This document shows, piece by piece, positions 12,295 through 24,331 of a DNA stretch of 64,000 nt (the first letter of the stretch is position 1; the number at the start of each line of letters is the position of its first letter). This DNA is from Escherichia coli. Its GTDB lineage: Bacteria; Pseudomonadota; Gammaproteobacteria; Enterobacterales; Enterobacteriaceae. Both the position numbers and the translations under genes were made by a program. The stretch lies in the NCBI RefSeq assembly GCF_030384885.1, contig NZ_CP128613.1; one strand, 5' to 3'. The notes below the pieces were generated by a model. The model was not told where the DNA came from. It searched no databases and saw only the letters and a program-made list of their open reading frames with translations.

Positions 12295-12395
12295 TAGTTG
12301 AATAATCAACCGGAATAAATCTCCGGTAAATAACGACAAAAACAAAATTGGCCGTTTCGGTCAGGGCCAATTATTGCCTGAAAAAGGGTAACGAT

Positions 12396-13766
12396 ATGAA
12401 AAAATTAACCTGCTTTAAAGCCTATGATATTCGCGGAAAATTAGGCGAAGAACTGAATGAAGATATCGCCTGGCGTATTGGGCGTGCTTATGGCGAATTT
12501 CTCAAACCGAAAACCATTGTGTTAGGCGGTGACGTCCGTCTCACCAGCGAAACCTTAAAACTGGCGCTGGCAAAAGGGTTACAGGATGCGGGCGTTGACG
12601 TGCTGGATATCGGCATGTCCGGCACCGAAGAGATCTATTTCGCCACGTTCCATCTCGGCGTGGATGGCGGCATCGAAGTTACCGCCAGCCATAATCCGAT
12701 GGATTACAACGGCATGAAACTGGTGCGCGAAGGGGCTCGCCCGATCAGCGGTGATACCGGACTGCGCGACGTCCAGCGTCTGGCAGAAGCCAACGATTTT
12801 CCTCCCGTCGATGAAACCAAACGCGGTCGCTATCAGCAAATCAACCTGCGCGACGCTTACGTTGATCATCTGTTCGGTTATATCAACGTCAAAAACCTTA
12901 CGCCGCTCAAGCTGGTGATCAACTCCGGGAACGGTGCGGCGGGTCCGGTGGTGGACGCCATCGAAGCCCGCTTTAAAGCCCTCGGCGCACCCGTGGAATT
13001 GATCAAAGTACACAACACGCCGGACGGCAATTTCCCCAACGGTATTCCTAATCCATTGCTGCCGGAATGCCGCGACGATACCCGCAATGCGGTCATTAAA
13101 CACGGCGCGGATATGGGTATTGCCTTTGATGGCGATTTTGACCGCTGTTTCCTGTTTGACGAAAAAGGACAGTTTATCGAGGGCTACTACATTGTCGGCC
13201 TGCTGGCAGAAGCGTTCCTCGAAAAAAATCCCGGCGCGAAGATCATCCACGATCCACGTCTTTCCTGGAACACCGTTGATGTAGTGACTGCCGCAGGCGG
13301 CACCCCGGTGATGTCAAAAACCGGACACGCCTTTATTAAAGAACGTATGCGCAAGGAAGACGCCATCTATGGTGGCGAAATGAGCGCCCACCATTACTTC
13401 CGTGATTTCGCTTACTGCGACAGCGGCATGATCCCGTGGCTGCTGGTCGCCGAACTGGTGTGCATGAAAGGGAAAACGCTGGGCGAACTGGTGCGCGACC
13501 GCATGGCGGCATTCCCGGCAAGCGGTGAGATCAACAGCAAACTGGCGCACCCCGGTGAGGCGATTAATCGCGTCGAACAGCATTTTAGCCGCGAGGCGCT
13601 GGCGGTGGATCGCACCGATGGTATCAGCATGACCTTTGCCGACTGGCGCTTTAACCTGCGCTCCTCCAACACCGAACCGGTGGTACGCCTGAATGTGGAA
13701 TCGCGCGGTGATGTGCCGCTGATGGAAGCGCGAACGCGAACTCTGCTGACGTTGCTGAACGAGTAA
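12396..13766 (+). CDS. cpsG: Phosphomannomutase (colanic acid copy), 456 aa
   Basis: Canonical phosphohexomutase loops TASHNP, DGDFDR, GEMSAH; start set to [14 protein letters not shown] at 12396. Confidence 0.95.
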   Translation: MKKLTCFKAYDIRGKLGEELNEDIAWRIGRAYGEFLKPKTIVLGGDVRLTSETLKLALAKGLQDAGVDVLDIGMSGTEEIYFATFHLGVDGGIEVTASHNPMDYNGMKLVREGARPISGDTGLRDVQRLAEANDFPPVDETKRGRYQQINLRDAYVDHLFGYINVKNLTPLKLVINSGNGAAGPVVDAIEARFKALGAPVELIKVHNTPDGNFPNGIPNPLLPECRDDTRNAVIKHGADMGIAFDGDFDRCFLFDEKGQFIEGYYIVGLLAEAFLEKNPGAKIIHDPRLSWNTVDVVTAAGGTPVMSKTGHAFIKERMRKEDAIYGGEMSAHHYFRDFAYCDSGMIPWLLVAELVCMKGKTLGELVRDRMAAFPASGEINSKLAHPGEAINRVEQHFSREALAVDRTDGISMTFADWRFNLRSSNTEPVVRLNVESRGDVPLMEARTRTLLTLLNE

Positions 13767-13820
13767 TGTCGGATCTTCCCTTACCCCATTGCGGGTAAGG
13801 GGCTAATAACAGGAACAACG

Positions 13821-15215
13821 ATGACAAATCTAAAAAAGCGCGAGCGAGCGAAAACCAATGCATCGTTAATCTCTATGGTGCAACGCTTTTCAGATATCAC
13901 CATCATGTTTGCCGGGCTATGGCTGGTTTGCGAAGTCAGCGGACTGTCATTCCTCTACATGCACCTGTTGGTGGCGCTGATTACGCTGGTGGTGTTCCAG
14001 ATGTTGGGCGGCATCACCGATTTTTATCGCTCATGGCGAGGTGTTCGGGCAACGACAGAATTTGCCCTGCTGCTGCAAAACTGGACCTTAAGCGTGATTT
14101 TTAGCGCCGGACTGGTGGCGTTCAACAATGATTTCGACACGCAACTGAAAATCTGGCTGGCGTGGTATGGGCTGACCAGCATCGGGTTGGTGGCGTGTCG
14201 TTCGTGTATTCGCATTGGTGCGGGCTGGTTGCGTAATCATGGCTATAACAAGCGTATGGTTGCCGTGGCGGGGGATTTAGCTGCCGGGCAAATGCTGATG
14301 GAGAGCTTCCGTAATCAGCCGTGGTTAGGGTTTGAAGTGGTGGGCGTTTACCACGACCCAAAACCGGGCGGCGTTTCTAACGACTGGGCGGGCAATCTGC
14401 AACAGCTGGTCGAGGATGCAAAAGCGGGCAAGATTCACAACGTCTATATCGCGATGCAAATGTGCGACGGCGCACGAGTGAAAAAACTGGTCCATCAACT
14501 GGCGGACACCACCTGTTCGGTGCTGCTGATCCCCGACGTCTTTACCTTCAACATTCTCCATTCACGCCTCGAAGAGATGAACGGCGTTCCGGTGGTGCCG
14601 CTGTACGACACGCCACTTTCCGGGGTTAACCGCCTGATAAAACGTGCGGAAGACATTGTGCTGGCAACGCTGATCTTGCTGCTGATCTCCCCGGTGCTGT
14701 GCTGTATTGCGCTGGCGGTGAAATTCAGTTCACCAGGGCCGGTTATTTTCCGCCAGACTCGCTACGGCATGGATGGCAAGCCGATCAAAGTGTGGAAGTT
14801 CCGTTCCATGAAAGTGATGGAGAACGACAAAGTAGTGACCCAGGCGACGCAGAACGATCCGCGCGTCACCAAAGTGGGGAACTTTCTGCGCCGCACCTCG
14901 CTGGATGAATTGCCGCAGTTTATCAATGTGCTGACCGGGGGGATGTCGATTGTGGGGCCACGTCCGCACGCGGTGGCGCATAACGAACAATATCGCCAGC
15001 TCATTGAAGGCTACATGCTGCGCCACAAAGTGAAACCGGGCATTACCGGTTGGGCGCAGATTAACGGCTGGCGCGGCGAAACCGACACGCTCGAGAAAAT
15101 GGAAAAACGCGTCGAGTTCGACCTTGAGTACATCCGCGAATGGAGCGTCTGGTTCGATATCAAAATCGTTTTCCTGACGGTATTCAAAGGCTTCGTTAAC
15201 AAAGCGGCATATTGA
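13821..15215 (+). CDS. wcaJ: UDP-glucose:undecaprenyl-phosphate glucose-1-phosphate transferase WcaJ, 464 aa
   Basis: Polyprenyl-phosphate hexose-1-P transferase C-terminal domain (SLDELPQFINVLTGGMSIVGPRP); synteny. Confidence 0.9.
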   Translation: MTNLKKRERAKTNASLISMVQRFSDITIMFAGLWLVCEVSGLSFLYMHLLVALITLVVFQMLGGITDFYRSWRGVRATTEFALLLQNWTLSVIFSAGLVAFNNDFDTQLKIWLAWYGLTSIGLVACRSCIRIGAGWLRNHGYNKRMVAVAGDLAAGQMLMESFRNQPWLGFEVVGVYHDPKPGGVSNDWAGNLQQLVEDAKAGKIHNVYIAMQMCDGARVKKLVHQLADTTCSVLLIPDVFTFNILHSRLEEMNGVPVVPLYDTPLSGVNRLIKRAEDIVLATLILLLISPVLCCIALAVKFSSPGPVIFRQTRYGMDGKPIKVWKFRSMKVMENDKVVTQATQNDPRVTKVGNFLRRTSLDELPQFINVLTGGMSIVGPRPHAVAHNEQYRQLIEGYMLRHKVKPGITGWAQINGWRGETDTLEKMEKRVEFDLEYIREWSVWFDIKIVFLTVFKGFVNKAAY

Positions 15216-15216
15216 T

Positions 15217-16695
15217 ATGAGCTTACGTGAAAAAACCATCAGCGGCGCGAAGTGGTCGGCGATTGCCACAGTAATCATCATCGGCCTCGGGCTGGTGCAG
15301 ATGACCGTGCTGGCGCGGATTATCGACAACCACCAGTTCGGTTTGCTTACCGTTTCGCTGGTGATTATCGCGCTGGCAGATACGCTTTCTGACTTCGGTA
15401 TCGCTAACTCGATTATTCAGCGAAAAGAAATCAGCCATCTTGAACTCACCACGCTGTACTGGCTGAACGTCGGGCTGGGGCTTGTGGTGTGTGTGGCGGT
15501 GTTTTTGTTGAGTGATGCCATTGGCGACGTGCTGAATAACCCGGACCTGGCACCGTTGATTAAAACATTGTCGCTGGCGTTTGTGGTGATCCCCCACGGG
15601 CAACAGTTCCGCGCGTTGATGCAAAAGGAGCTGGAGTTCAACAAAATCGGCATGATCGAAACCAGCGCGGTGCTGGCGGGCTTTACTTTTACGGTGGTTA
15701 GCGCCCATTTCTGGCCGCTGGCGATGACCGCGATCCTCGGTTATCTGGTCAATAGTGCGGTGAGAACGCTGCTGTTTGGCTACTTTGGCCGCAAAATTTA
15801 TCGCCCCGGTCTACATTTCTCGCTGGCGTCGGTGGCACCGAACTTACGCTTTGGTGCCTGGCTGACGGCGGACAGCATCATCAACTATCTCAACTCCAAC
15901 CTTTCAACGCTGGTGCTGGCGCGTATTCTCGGTGCGGGCGTAGCAGGGGGGTACAACCTGGCGTACAACGTGGCCGTTGTGCCGCCGATGAAACTGAACC
16001 CGATCATCACCCGCGTGTTGTTTCCGGCGTTTGCCAAAATTCAGGACGACACCGAAAAGCTGCGCGTTAACTTCTACAAGCTGCTGTCGGTGGTGGGGAT
16101 TATCAATTTTCCGGCGCTGCTGGGGCTGATGGTGGTGTCGAATAACTTTGTACCGCTGGTCTTTGGTGAGAAGTGGAACAGCATTATTCCGGTGCTGCAA
16201 TTGCTGTGTGTGGTGGGTCTGCTGCGTTCGGTGGGTAACCCGATTGGTTCGCTGCTGATGGCGAAAGCGCGGGTGGATATCAGCTTTAAATTCAATGTAT
16301 TCAAAACCTTTCTGTTTATTCCGGCGATTGTTATTGGCGGGCAGATGGCGGGTGCAATCGGCGTCACGCTTGGTTTCCTGCTGGTGCAGATTATCAACAC
16401 CATTCTGAGTTATTTCGTGATGATTAAACCGGTGCTCGGTTCCAGTTATCGCCAGTACATCCTGAGTTTATGGCTGCCGTTTTATCTCTCGCTGCCGACG
16501 CTGGTGGTTAGTTATGCGCTGGGCATTGTGCTGAAAGGGCAACTGGTGCTGGGGATGCTGCTGGCGGTGCAAATTATCGCAGGCGTGCTGGCGTTTGTGG
16601 TGATGATCGTGTTGTCGCGCCATCCGCTGGTGGTGGAAGTGAAGCGTCAGTTTTGTCGCAGCGAAAAAATGAAAATGCTTTTACGGGCGGGGTGA
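15217..16695 (+). CDS. wzxC: Colanic acid repeat-unit flippase WzxC, 492 aa
   Basis: Polytopic membrane protein of Wzx/MOP type; synteny. Confidence 0.9.
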   Translation: MSLREKTISGAKWSAIATVIIIGLGLVQMTVLARIIDNHQFGLLTVSLVIIALADTLSDFGIANSIIQRKEISHLELTTLYWLNVGLGLVVCVAVFLLSDAIGDVLNNPDLAPLIKTLSLAFVVIPHGQQFRALMQKELEFNKIGMIETSAVLAGFTFTVVSAHFWPLAMTAILGYLVNSAVRTLLFGYFGRKIYRPGLHFSLASVAPNLRFGAWLTADSIINYLNSNLSTLVLARILGAGVAGGYNLAYNVAVVPPMKLNPIITRVLFPAFAKIQDDTEKLRVNFYKLLSVVGIINFPALLGLMVVSNNFVPLVFGEKWNSIIPVLQLLCVVGLLRSVGNPIGSLLMAKARVDISFKFNVFKTFLFIPAIVIGGQMAGAIGVTLGFLLVQIINTILSYFVMIKPVLGSSYRQYILSLWLPFYLSLPTLVVSYALGIVLKGQLVLGMLLAVQIIAGVLAFVVMIVLSRHPLVVEVKRQFCRSEKMKMLLRAG

Positions 16696-16767
16696 ATAGT
16701 TGTTTTCGGTTCCGGCAACGAACACAACAAACACAGCCTCACCTGGCATCAAATTTATGAGGAAAAA

Positions 16768-18048
16768 ATGAAATTACTGATTCTGGGCAACCACACTTGC
16801 GGCAATCGCGGCGACAGTGCCATCTTGCGCGGCTTACTTGATGCCATCAATATCCTCAATCCACACGCCGAAGTGGACGTAATGAGCCGCTATCCGGTCA
16901 GTTCTTCCTGGCTGCTCAACCGTCCGGTAATGGGCGATCCGCTGTTCCTGCAAATGAAACAACACAACAGCGCGGCGGGTGTTGTCGGGCGCGTAAAAAA
17001 AGTCCTCCGTCGCCGCTATCAACACCAGGTACTGCTCTCACGCGTTACCGATACTGGCAAGCTGCGTAATATCGCCATCGCCCAGGGATTCACCGACTTT
17101 GTGCGCCTGCTGTCAGGTTACGATGCCATTATCCAGGTCGGCGGTTCGTTTTTTGTTGATCTCTACGGCGTGCCGCAGTTTGAACACGCGCTTTGCACTT
17201 TCATGGCGAAAAAGCCGCTGTTTATGATTGGTCACAGCGTCGGCCCGTTCCAGGATGAGCAATTTAACCAACTGGCAAACTACGTATTCGGGCACTGCGA
17301 CGCGCTGATCCTGCGCGAATCGGTCAGCCTGGATCTAATGAAACGCAGCAATATCACTACCGCAAAAGTTGAACATGGCGTCGATACCGCGTGGCTGGTC
17401 GATCACCACACCGAAGACTTCACCGCCAGCTATGCTGTTCAACACTGGCTGGACGTAGCCGCACAGCAGAAAACGGTGGCCATTACCCTGCGCGAACTGG
17501 CACCGTTCGACAAACGTCTCGGCACCACTCAACAAGCGTATGAAAAAGCCTTTGCCGGGGTGGTCAATCGCATTCTCGATGAAGGGTATCAGGTGATTGC
17601 GCTCTCCACCTGTACGGGCATCGACAGCTATAACAAAGACGACCGCATGGTGGCGCTCAACCTGCGTCAGCACATCAGCGATCCTGCCCGTTATCACGTG
17701 GTGATGGATGAACTCAACGATCTGGAAATGGGCAAAATCCTCGGTACCTGTGAACTCACCGTCGGTACGCGCCTGCACTCTGCCATTATCTCGATGAATT
17801 TCTCCACTCCGGCAATTGCCATCAACTACGAACATAAATCCGCCGGGATTATGCAGCAGCTGGGGCTGCAAGAGATGGCGATTGATATTCGCCATTTACT
17901 GGACGGCAGCCTGCAAGCGATGGTTGCGGATACCTTAGGCCAGCTTCCGGAGCTGAATACACGACTTAACGAAGCCGTCAGTCGCGAGCGCCAGGCAGGA
18001 ATGCAGATGGTGCAATCTGTGCTTGAGCGCATCGGGGAGGCGAAATGA
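16768..18048 (+). CDS. wcaK: Colanic acid pyruvyl transferase WcaK, 426 aa
   Basis: Size and synteny. Confidence 0.85.
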   Translation: MKLLILGNHTCGNRGDSAILRGLLDAINILNPHAEVDVMSRYPVSSSWLLNRPVMGDPLFLQMKQHNSAAGVVGRVKKVLRRRYQHQVLLSRVTDTGKLRNIAIAQGFTDFVRLLSGYDAIIQVGGSFFVDLYGVPQFEHALCTFMAKKPLFMIGHSVGPFQDEQFNQLANYVFGHCDALILRESVSLDLMKRSNITTAKVEHGVDTAWLVDHHTEDFTASYAVQHWLDVAAQQKTVAITLRELAPFDKRLGTTQQAYEKAFAGVVNRILDEGYQVIALSTCTGIDSYNKDDRMVALNLRQHISDPARYHVVMDELNDLEMGKILGTCELTVGTRLHSAIISMNFSTPAIAINYEHKSAGIMQQLGLQEMAIDIRHLLDGSLQAMVADTLGQLPELNTRLNEAVSRERQAGMQMVQSVLERIGEAK

Positions 18049-19265
18049 AGGTCGGCTTCTTTTTACTGAAATTTCCGCTGTCGTCGGAAACCTTCGTTCT
18101 CAACCAAATCACTGCGTTTATTGATATGGGCTTTGAGGTGGAGATTGTCGCGCTGCAAAAAGGCGATACGCAAAACACCCACGCGGCATGGACGAAATAT
18201 ACCCTTGCCGCCAGAACTCGCTGGTTACAGGACGAACCACAAGGCAAAGTGGCGAAACTGCGCCACCGCGCCAGCCAGACCTTACGCGGCATTCATCGTA
18301 AAAATACCTGGCAGGCGCTCAACCTCAAACGCTATGGTGCTGAGTCGCGGAACCTGATTTTGTCTGCCATTTGCGGCCAGGTCGCAACACCGTTTCATGC
18401 TGATGTGTTTATCGCACATTTTGGCCCAGCGGGGGTAACCGCAGCAAAACTACGGGAACTGGGTGTCATTCGCGGCAAAATCGCCACTATCTTCCACGGT
18501 ATTGATATCTCCAGTCGGGAAGTGCTCAACCATTACACTCCCGAATATCAACAACTGTTTCGCCGTGGCGACCTGATGTTACCGATTAGCGATCTGTGGG
18601 CCGGAAGGCTGCAAAAAATGGGCTGCCCGAGGGAAAAAATTGCCGTATCGCGCATGGGTGTAGACATGACGCGCTTTAGCCCGCGTCCGGTGAAAGCGCC
18701 CGCAACACCGCTGGAAATCATTTCCGTCGCACGCTTAACCGAGAAAAAAGGCCTGCATGTGGCGATCGAAGCCTGCCGTCAGTTGAAAGAGCAGGGCGTG
18801 GCATTTCGCTATCGCATCCTCGGCATTGGCCCGTGGGAACGACGCCTGCGCACCCTCATCGAACAATATCAACTGGAAGATGTGGTAGAGATGCCGGGCT
18901 TTAAACCGAGCCACGAAGTGAAGGCGATGCTCGACGACGCGGATGTCTTTCTGTTGCCATCGGTAACGGGTGCTGACGGCGATATGGAAGGCATTCCGGT
19001 GGCGCTGATGGAAGCGATGGCGGTCGGCATTCCGGTGGTTTCTACTCTGCATAGCGGAATACCGGAACTGGTGGAGGCCGATAAATCCGGCTGGCTGGTG
19101 CCTGAGAACGATGCTCGCGCACTGGCGCAACGACTGGCGGCGTTTAGCCAACTGGACACCGACGAACTTACTACGGTTGTCAAACGTGCGCGCGAAAAAG
19201 TCGAACACGATTTTAACCAGCAGGTGATTAACCGAGAACTCGCCAGCTTGTTGCAGGCTTTATAG
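18045..19265 (+). CDS. wcaL: Colanic acid glycosyltransferase WcaL (GT4), 406 aa
   Basis: GT4 C-terminal motifs; synteny. Confidence 0.85.
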   Translation: MKVGFFLLKFPLSSETFVLNQITAFIDMGFEVEIVALQKGDTQNTHAAWTKYTLAARTRWLQDEPQGKVAKLRHRASQTLRGIHRKNTWQALNLKRYGAESRNLILSAICGQVATPFHADVFIAHFGPAGVTAAKLRELGVIRGKIATIFHGIDISSREVLNHYTPEYQQLFRRGDLMLPISDLWAGRLQKMGCPREKIAVSRMGVDMTRFSPRPVKAPATPLEIISVARLTEKKGLHVAIEACRQLKEQGVAFRYRILGIGPWERRLRTLIEQYQLEDVVEMPGFKPSHEVKAMLDDADVFLLPSVTGADGDMEGIPVALMEAMAVGIPVVSTLHSGIPELVEADKSGWLVPENDARALAQRLAAFSQLDTDELTTVVKRAREKVEHDFNQQVINRELASLLQAL

Positions 19266-19275
19266 AGGAGAACGC

Positions 19276-20670
19276 ATGCCATTTAAAAAACTCTCCCGAC
19301 GCACCTTCCTGACGGCAAGCTCGGTGCTTGCCTTCCTCCATACCCCTTTCGCCCGTGCAATTCCCGCTCAACAAAGCGTTAACATTAACGACTACAATCC
19401 ACATGACTGGATCGCTTCATTTAAACAAGCCTTCAGCGAAGGGCAAACGGTCGTCGTGCCTGGCGGATTGGTTTGCGACAATATCAACACCGGCATCTTC
19501 ATCCCCCCTGGCAAAACGTTACACATCCTGGGAAGCCTGCGCGGCAACGGCAGAGGGCGATTTGTCTTACAGGACGGCAGCCAGGTGACAGGGGAGAAGG
19601 GCGGCAGTATGCATAACATCACCCTGGATGTGCGCGGCTCTGACTGCACCATTAAAGGGCTGGCCATGAGCGGCTTTGGCCCGGTAACGCAGATTTATAT
19701 TGGCGGCAAAAACAAACGCGTCATGCGCAACCTGACCATCGATAACCTCACCGTTAGCCATGCTAACTACGCTATCTTACGGCAGGGATTTCATAATCAG
19801 ATTATTGGTGCCAACATCACCAACTGTAAGTTCAGCGACTTACAGGGCGACGCTATTGAATGGAACGTGGCGATTAACGACAGTGATATTTTGATATCCG
19901 ACCATCTCATTGAGCGCATTAACTGTACCAACGGCAAAATCAACTGGGGCATCGGCATAGGCCTTGCGGGAAGTACCTACGATAATAATTATCCGGAAAA
20001 CCAGGCAGTGAAAAACTTTGTCGTTGCGAATATCACGGGATCAGATTGTCGGCAACTGATCCATGTTGAAAATGGTAAACATTTTGTTATTCGTAATATC
20101 AAAGCCCGCAATATCACGCCGGATTTCAGTAAGAAAGCAGGCATTGATAACGCGACAGTTGCTATTTACGGTTGTGACAATTTCGTGATTGATAATATTG
20201 AAATGATTAATAGCGCCGGGATGTTAATCGGTTATGGGGTAATTAAAGGCAAATATCTCTCGATACCGCAGAATTTCCGAGTGAATAATATTCAACTGGA
20301 TAATACCCACCTTGCTTACAAATTGCGCGGCATCCAAATCTCCGCCGGGAATGCCGTCTCCTTTGTGGCACTGACTAACATTGAGATGAAGCGTGCCTCG
20401 CTGGAGCTTCACAATAAACCGCAACACCTTTTTATGCGCAATATCAAGGTGATGCAGGAATCCTCTGTTGGACCTGCATTGAGCATGAACTTCGACATGC
20501 GCAAAGACGTTCGTGGCGTGTATATGGCGAAAAAAGAAACACTGCTGTCTCTTGCAAATGTTCATGCGGTGAATGAAAGAGGGCAAAGCTCCGTCGATAT
20601 CGACAGGATTAATCACCATATTGTTAATGTGGAAAAGATTAACTTTAGATTGCCGGAACGGAGGGAGTAG
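19276..20670 (+). CDS. wcaM: Colanic acid biosynthesis protein WcaM (signal peptide, beta-helix-like), 464 aa
   Basis: N-terminal twin-arginine-like signal sequence ([13 protein letters not shown]); last gene of cps operon by synteny. Confidence 0.85.
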   Translation: MPFKKLSRRTFLTASSVLAFLHTPFARAIPAQQSVNINDYNPHDWIASFKQAFSEGQTVVVPGGLVCDNINTGIFIPPGKTLHILGSLRGNGRGRFVLQDGSQVTGEKGGSMHNITLDVRGSDCTIKGLAMSGFGPVTQIYIGGKNKRVMRNLTIDNLTVSHANYAILRQGFHNQIIGANITNCKFSDLQGDAIEWNVAINDSDILISDHLIERINCTNGKINWGIGIGLAGSTYDNNYPENQAVKNFVVANITGSDCRQLIHVENGKHFVIRNIKARNITPDFSKKAGIDNATVAIYGCDNFVIDNIEMINSAGMLIGYGVIKGKYLSIPQNFRVNNIQLDNTHLAYKLRGIQISAGNAVSFVALTNIEMKRASLELHNKPQHLFMRNIKVMQESSVGPALSMNFDMRKDVRGVYMAKKETLLSLANVHAVNERGQSSVDIDRINHHIVNVEKINFRLPERRE

Positions 20671-20844
20671 ATTTGCGACCATTCCTGGAAAAATGGAGCC
20701 ATACTTAGGAACAATGCTACTGCAATCCACAACGAAGCGGCGTAACATCACAAGTAATTCAGTAATCAATTCAGGGTAATTGATGCTGGCGAAAAAAATC
20801 GAACAAGCTATAATTCAGCAACCATTTTACAGGTGGATGAAATA

Positions 20845-21738
20845 ATGACGAATTTAAAAGCAGTTATTCCTGTAGCGGGTCTTGGGATGCATATGTTGCC
20901 TGCCACTAAGGCGATTCCCAAAGAGATGCTACCGATCGTCGACAAGCCAATGATTCAGTACATTGTTGACGAGATTGTGGCTGCAGGGATCAAAGAAATC
21001 CTCCTGGTAACTCACGCGTCCAAGAACGCGGTCGAAAACCACTTCGACACCTCTTATGAATTAGAATCTCTCCTTGAACAGCGCGTGAAGCGTCAACTGC
21101 TGGCGGAAGTGCAGTCTATCTGTCCGCCGGGCGTGACCATTATGAACGTGCGTCAGGGCGAACCTTTAGGTTTAGGCCACTCCATTTTGTGTGCACGACC
21201 CGCCATTGGTGACAACCCATTTGTTGTGGTATTGCCGGACGTTGTGATCGACGACGCCAGTGCCGACCCGCTGCGCTACAACCTTGCTGCCATGATTGCG
21301 CGCTTCAACGAAACGGGCCGCAGCCAGGTGCTGGCAAAACGTATGCCGGGTGACCTCTCTGAATACTCCGTCATCCAGACCAAAGAGCCGCTGGACCGCG
21401 AAGGTAAAGTCAGCCGCATTGTTGAATTTATCGAAAAACCGGATCAGCCACAGACGCTGGACTCAGACATCATGGCCGTAGGTCGCTATGTGCTTTCTGC
21501 CGATATTTGGCCGGAACTTGAACGAACTCAACCTGGCGCATGGGGACGTATTCAACTGACTGATGCCATTGCTGAACTGGCGAAAAAACAGTCCGTTGAT
21601 GCCATGCTGATGACTGGTGACAGCTACGACTGCGGTAAAAAAATGGGTTATATGCAGGCATTTGTGAAGTATGGACTACGCAACCTGAAAGAAGGGCCAA
21701 AGTTCCGTAAGAGCATTGAGAAGTTGCTCGGGGAATAG
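20845..21738 (+). CDS. galF: UTP-glucose-1-phosphate uridylyltransferase-like regulatory subunit GalF, 297 aa
   Basis: GalU/GalF nucleotidyltransferase motif [29 protein letters not shown]; start at 20845 with RBS aggtgg. Confidence 0.9.
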   Translation: MTNLKAVIPVAGLGMHMLPATKAIPKEMLPIVDKPMIQYIVDEIVAAGIKEILLVTHASKNAVENHFDTSYELESLLEQRVKRQLLAEVQSICPPGVTIMNVRQGEPLGLGHSILCARPAIGDNPFVVVLPDVVIDDASADPLRYNLAAMIARFNETGRSQVLAKRMPGDLSEYSVIQTKEPLDREGKVSRIVEFIEKPDQPQTLDSDIMAVGRYVLSADIWPELERTQPGAWGRIQLTDAIAELAKKQSVDAMLMTGDSYDCGKKMGYMQAFVKYGLRNLKEGPKFRKSIEKLLGE

Positions 21739-21992
21739 ATCCAAGCCAATGTAACAATAATTTAGATAAATAGCGGCAGCTAACATCCCGGCGTCTATGC
21801 TTTAAACAAAGGAATGTTACTGTCGTTTTTCTTTTTAAAACAAAGAATAACAACGAGTTAACCTACTAAGTTTAATCTATTTTTTGTTGGATTTATCCTT
21901 GTTTCTGACAGCATTTGGTAAGACAATTGGCGTTTGAATTTAAGATAGCTTTGCGATAGCTAGCGGGGCGGAGTACATCTTTGGCATTTTGC

Positions 21993-22031
21993 TAGTGCAC
22001 TGGTAGCTGTTAAGCCAGGGGCGGTAGCGTG
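21993..22031 (+). promoter_or_regulatory. JUMPstart element with ops (RfaH-dependent antitermination) upstream of the O-antigen cluster
   Basis: agtgcactggtagctgttaagccaggggcggtagcgtg; ops core ggcggtag at 22020-22027. Confidence 0.85.
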
Positions 22032-22130
22032 GTAAGATTGTGTTTATATGATGCGTTCTCAAAATAAGAAATAATAATCCTGACTATCTTTATACTATTG
22101 ATAATATCTGAAATAAACTTAAGAGCAAAC

Positions 22131-23135
22131 ATGAAAGTAATTGTAAATAATTTTTTTGATGGTATTTTGAAAAGAGGAATACCGATCTATACTTCTGAAC
22201 TTGTGCAAAAGTTAAGAGACAATAATGTTCAGGTTATTTATGTTGCATGTCCAAAAGCATTCCATAAGCTGCCTTCATGGTTTCTGAATGTTCTTTTTAT
22301 AATAGTAGAGCAGCTTTTAATACCAATTATGGGTATATTTTATAGAACTAAGTATAATATATATCCCTATAATAGTAGTTCCATCATTGACTTGTTATTA
22401 GGTAAGGCAATTGTTATAATTCATGACTTCATTAGTCTTAAGAAAAATAAACGAAACCTTGCTGCCATTTATGTGAAAGTCTGTATTTATTTTTCATCTT
22501 TTTTAGCAAAGAAAGTAATATTTATTTCTCAAAGCACTCAGCGAGTATCTAAGAGAATATCGCTATTTAAGCGTATAGAATCTATCCTGCTCCCAAATCC
22601 ATTTTTCTCATTTGAGAAAATTGCTAATGTTACCGAAATAAAAGATCTTGGATATTTACTTCTAGTTTCAGGTTTAGGGGATAATAAGGATCTAGGCACA
22701 GCTCTGGACTATTATTTTTCAATCCCAAGGGAAGAAAGAATACCATTAAAAATATTAGGTTGTGGGAATGGTATTAGCAAGGTTAACGACTTAATTGATG
22801 GGCGGGATACAGATAAAGAAATTGAAATTATTGGTTTTGTTTCTTTAGAGGAAGTCGTCAAACTATATTGTAATTCTAAAATTGTTTGGGCTCATTCGCT
22901 TGCCGAGGGGTATGGCAGGACTTTAGCTGAAGCAAAACTCACATGCAAAAATGTTATATGCACACGGATCTCTGCTTTCCGCGAACAAAAGGATTCGAAT
23001 ATTTTCTTTTATACTTACTATTCTGAGTATTATGAAGTCTATTCATACTTGGTAGATAATTCACCCAGTGTCGAAAGGAAAGCTCTGCATGAACATATTT
23101 TATTTGAAAATGAATTGAGAAAGATTTATGAGTAA
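22131..23135 (+). CDS. O-antigen glycosyltransferase, GT4-like (likely mannosyltransferase), ~334 aa
   Basis: Low-GC ORF; C-terminal E-x7-E-type motif (AHSLAEGYGRTLAEAK); start set to MKVIVNN at 22131 with RBS aagag. Confidence 0.6.
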   Translation: MKVIVNNFFDGILKRGIPIYTSELVQKLRDNNVQVIYVACPKAFHKLPSWFLNVLFIIVEQLLIPIMGIFYRTKYNIYPYNSSSIIDLLLGKAIVIIHDFISLKKNKRNLAAIYVKVCIYFSSFLAKKVIFISQSTQRVSKRISLFKRIESILLPNPFFSFEKIANVTEIKDLGYLLLVSGLGDNKDLGTALDYYFSIPREERIPLKILGCGNGISKVNDLIDGRDTDKEIEIIGFVSLEEVVKLYCNSKIVWAHSLAEGYGRTLAEAKLTCKNVICTRISAFREQKDSNIFFYTYYSEYYEVYSYLVDNSPSVERKALHEHILFENELRKIYE

Positions 23136-24330
23136 TATTGATATAAATAAGAAACAGATATTAGTTTTGACTCCACGGTTCCCATTTCCTGTCATTGGTG
23201 GGGATCGATTACGTATCTATAAGATCTGTAAAGAACTGTCTAAGCATTATGATCTTACGTTGCTGAGTCTGTGTGATAAACGCGAAGAGCTCAACTATGA
23301 ATATGATCGTGAAGTTTTTAGTAGTGTTCACAGAGTATATCTTTCAAAGAAAAAATCTGTTTTAAATGTCATATTCTCTTTGTTTTCAAATACACCCCTA
23401 CAGATTGGGTATTATAAATCTAAAGAATTTGAAGATAAACTTAAGCAGTTATTACCTGAACATTCTGCAACTCTTTCACATTTGATAAGGGTTGGTGATT
23501 ATGTGAAAGAGAATAAAGATATAAATTTTTTAGAGATGACCGATGCCATTTCACTTAATTATAAACGAGTAAAGGAAAAAGCATCTTTATTGAGTTTAAA
23601 AACATTTGTATATTCTTTTGAACAAAAAAGACTCGAACGATATGAGCGAACTATAAATAACAAGTTCAGCTTGACTACTTTGGTATCACAGGTTGACTCC
23701 GATTATTTATATCCAGAGCGTCCGAATAATGTATTAGTTTGTGGAAATGGTGTTGATGCCGTTAGCTTACCTTTTTCAGAACGAAAAATAGCTAAAGATA
23801 AAAAGATAACCCTTGTATTTATAGGTAATTTATATTCTTTGCAAAATATGGATGGTGTGAGATGGTTCACCAAGGAAGTTTTACCATTTCTGAACAAGCA
23901 TGGTAATTTTGAATTTAAGGTCATCGGACGTATTACAGATAAAGATAAGAGTTGGTTAGAAAGCCAGCCTGGCGTTGTTGTCACAGGTGAAGTTGATAGC
24001 ATAACTTATGCAGCAGCTGATGGGCATATTGGTGTGTGTCCTATTAGATTAGGGGCAGGTATCCAAAATAAGGTACTTGAATATATGGCGTTGGGATTAC
24101 CTTGTATATCTTCTACTGTAGGCTTTGAAGGCTTGGGAGCAGAGGAGGGTAAGGAGATTTATGTTGCCAATACAAAAGAAGAATATTTACGTGTATTAAA
24201 TTATTTTATAACAAATCTGGATAAATATACCGAAACAGCATTAGTTGCGAAAAAGTTTATCGATGAGAATTTTTCATGGGAAGCTAAATTGAGCCCATAT
24301 ATCCAGAAAATTAAGGAGTCTGTTAAATAA
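23128..24330 (+). CDS. O-antigen glycosyltransferase, GT4 family, 400 aa
   Basis: GT4 signature region [43 protein letters not shown]; 8-nt overlap with upstream GT. Confidence 0.7.
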   Translation: MSNIDINKKQILVLTPRFPFPVIGGDRLRIYKICKELSKHYDLTLLSLCDKREELNYEYDREVFSSVHRVYLSKKKSVLNVIFSLFSNTPLQIGYYKSKEFEDKLKQLLPEHSATLSHLIRVGDYVKENKDINFLEMTDAISLNYKRVKEKASLLSLKTFVYSFEQKRLERYERTINNKFSLTTLVSQVDSDYLYPERPNNVLVCGNGVDAVSLPFSERKIAKDKKITLVFIGNLYSLQNMDGVRWFTKEVLPFLNKHGNFEFKVIGRITDKDKSWLESQPGVVVTGEVDSITYAAADGHIGVCPIRLGAGIQNKVLEYMALGLPCISSTVGFEGLGAEEGKEIYVANTKEEYLRVLNYFITNLDKYTETALVAKKFIDENFSWEAKLSPYIQKIKESVK

Positions 24331-24331
24331 A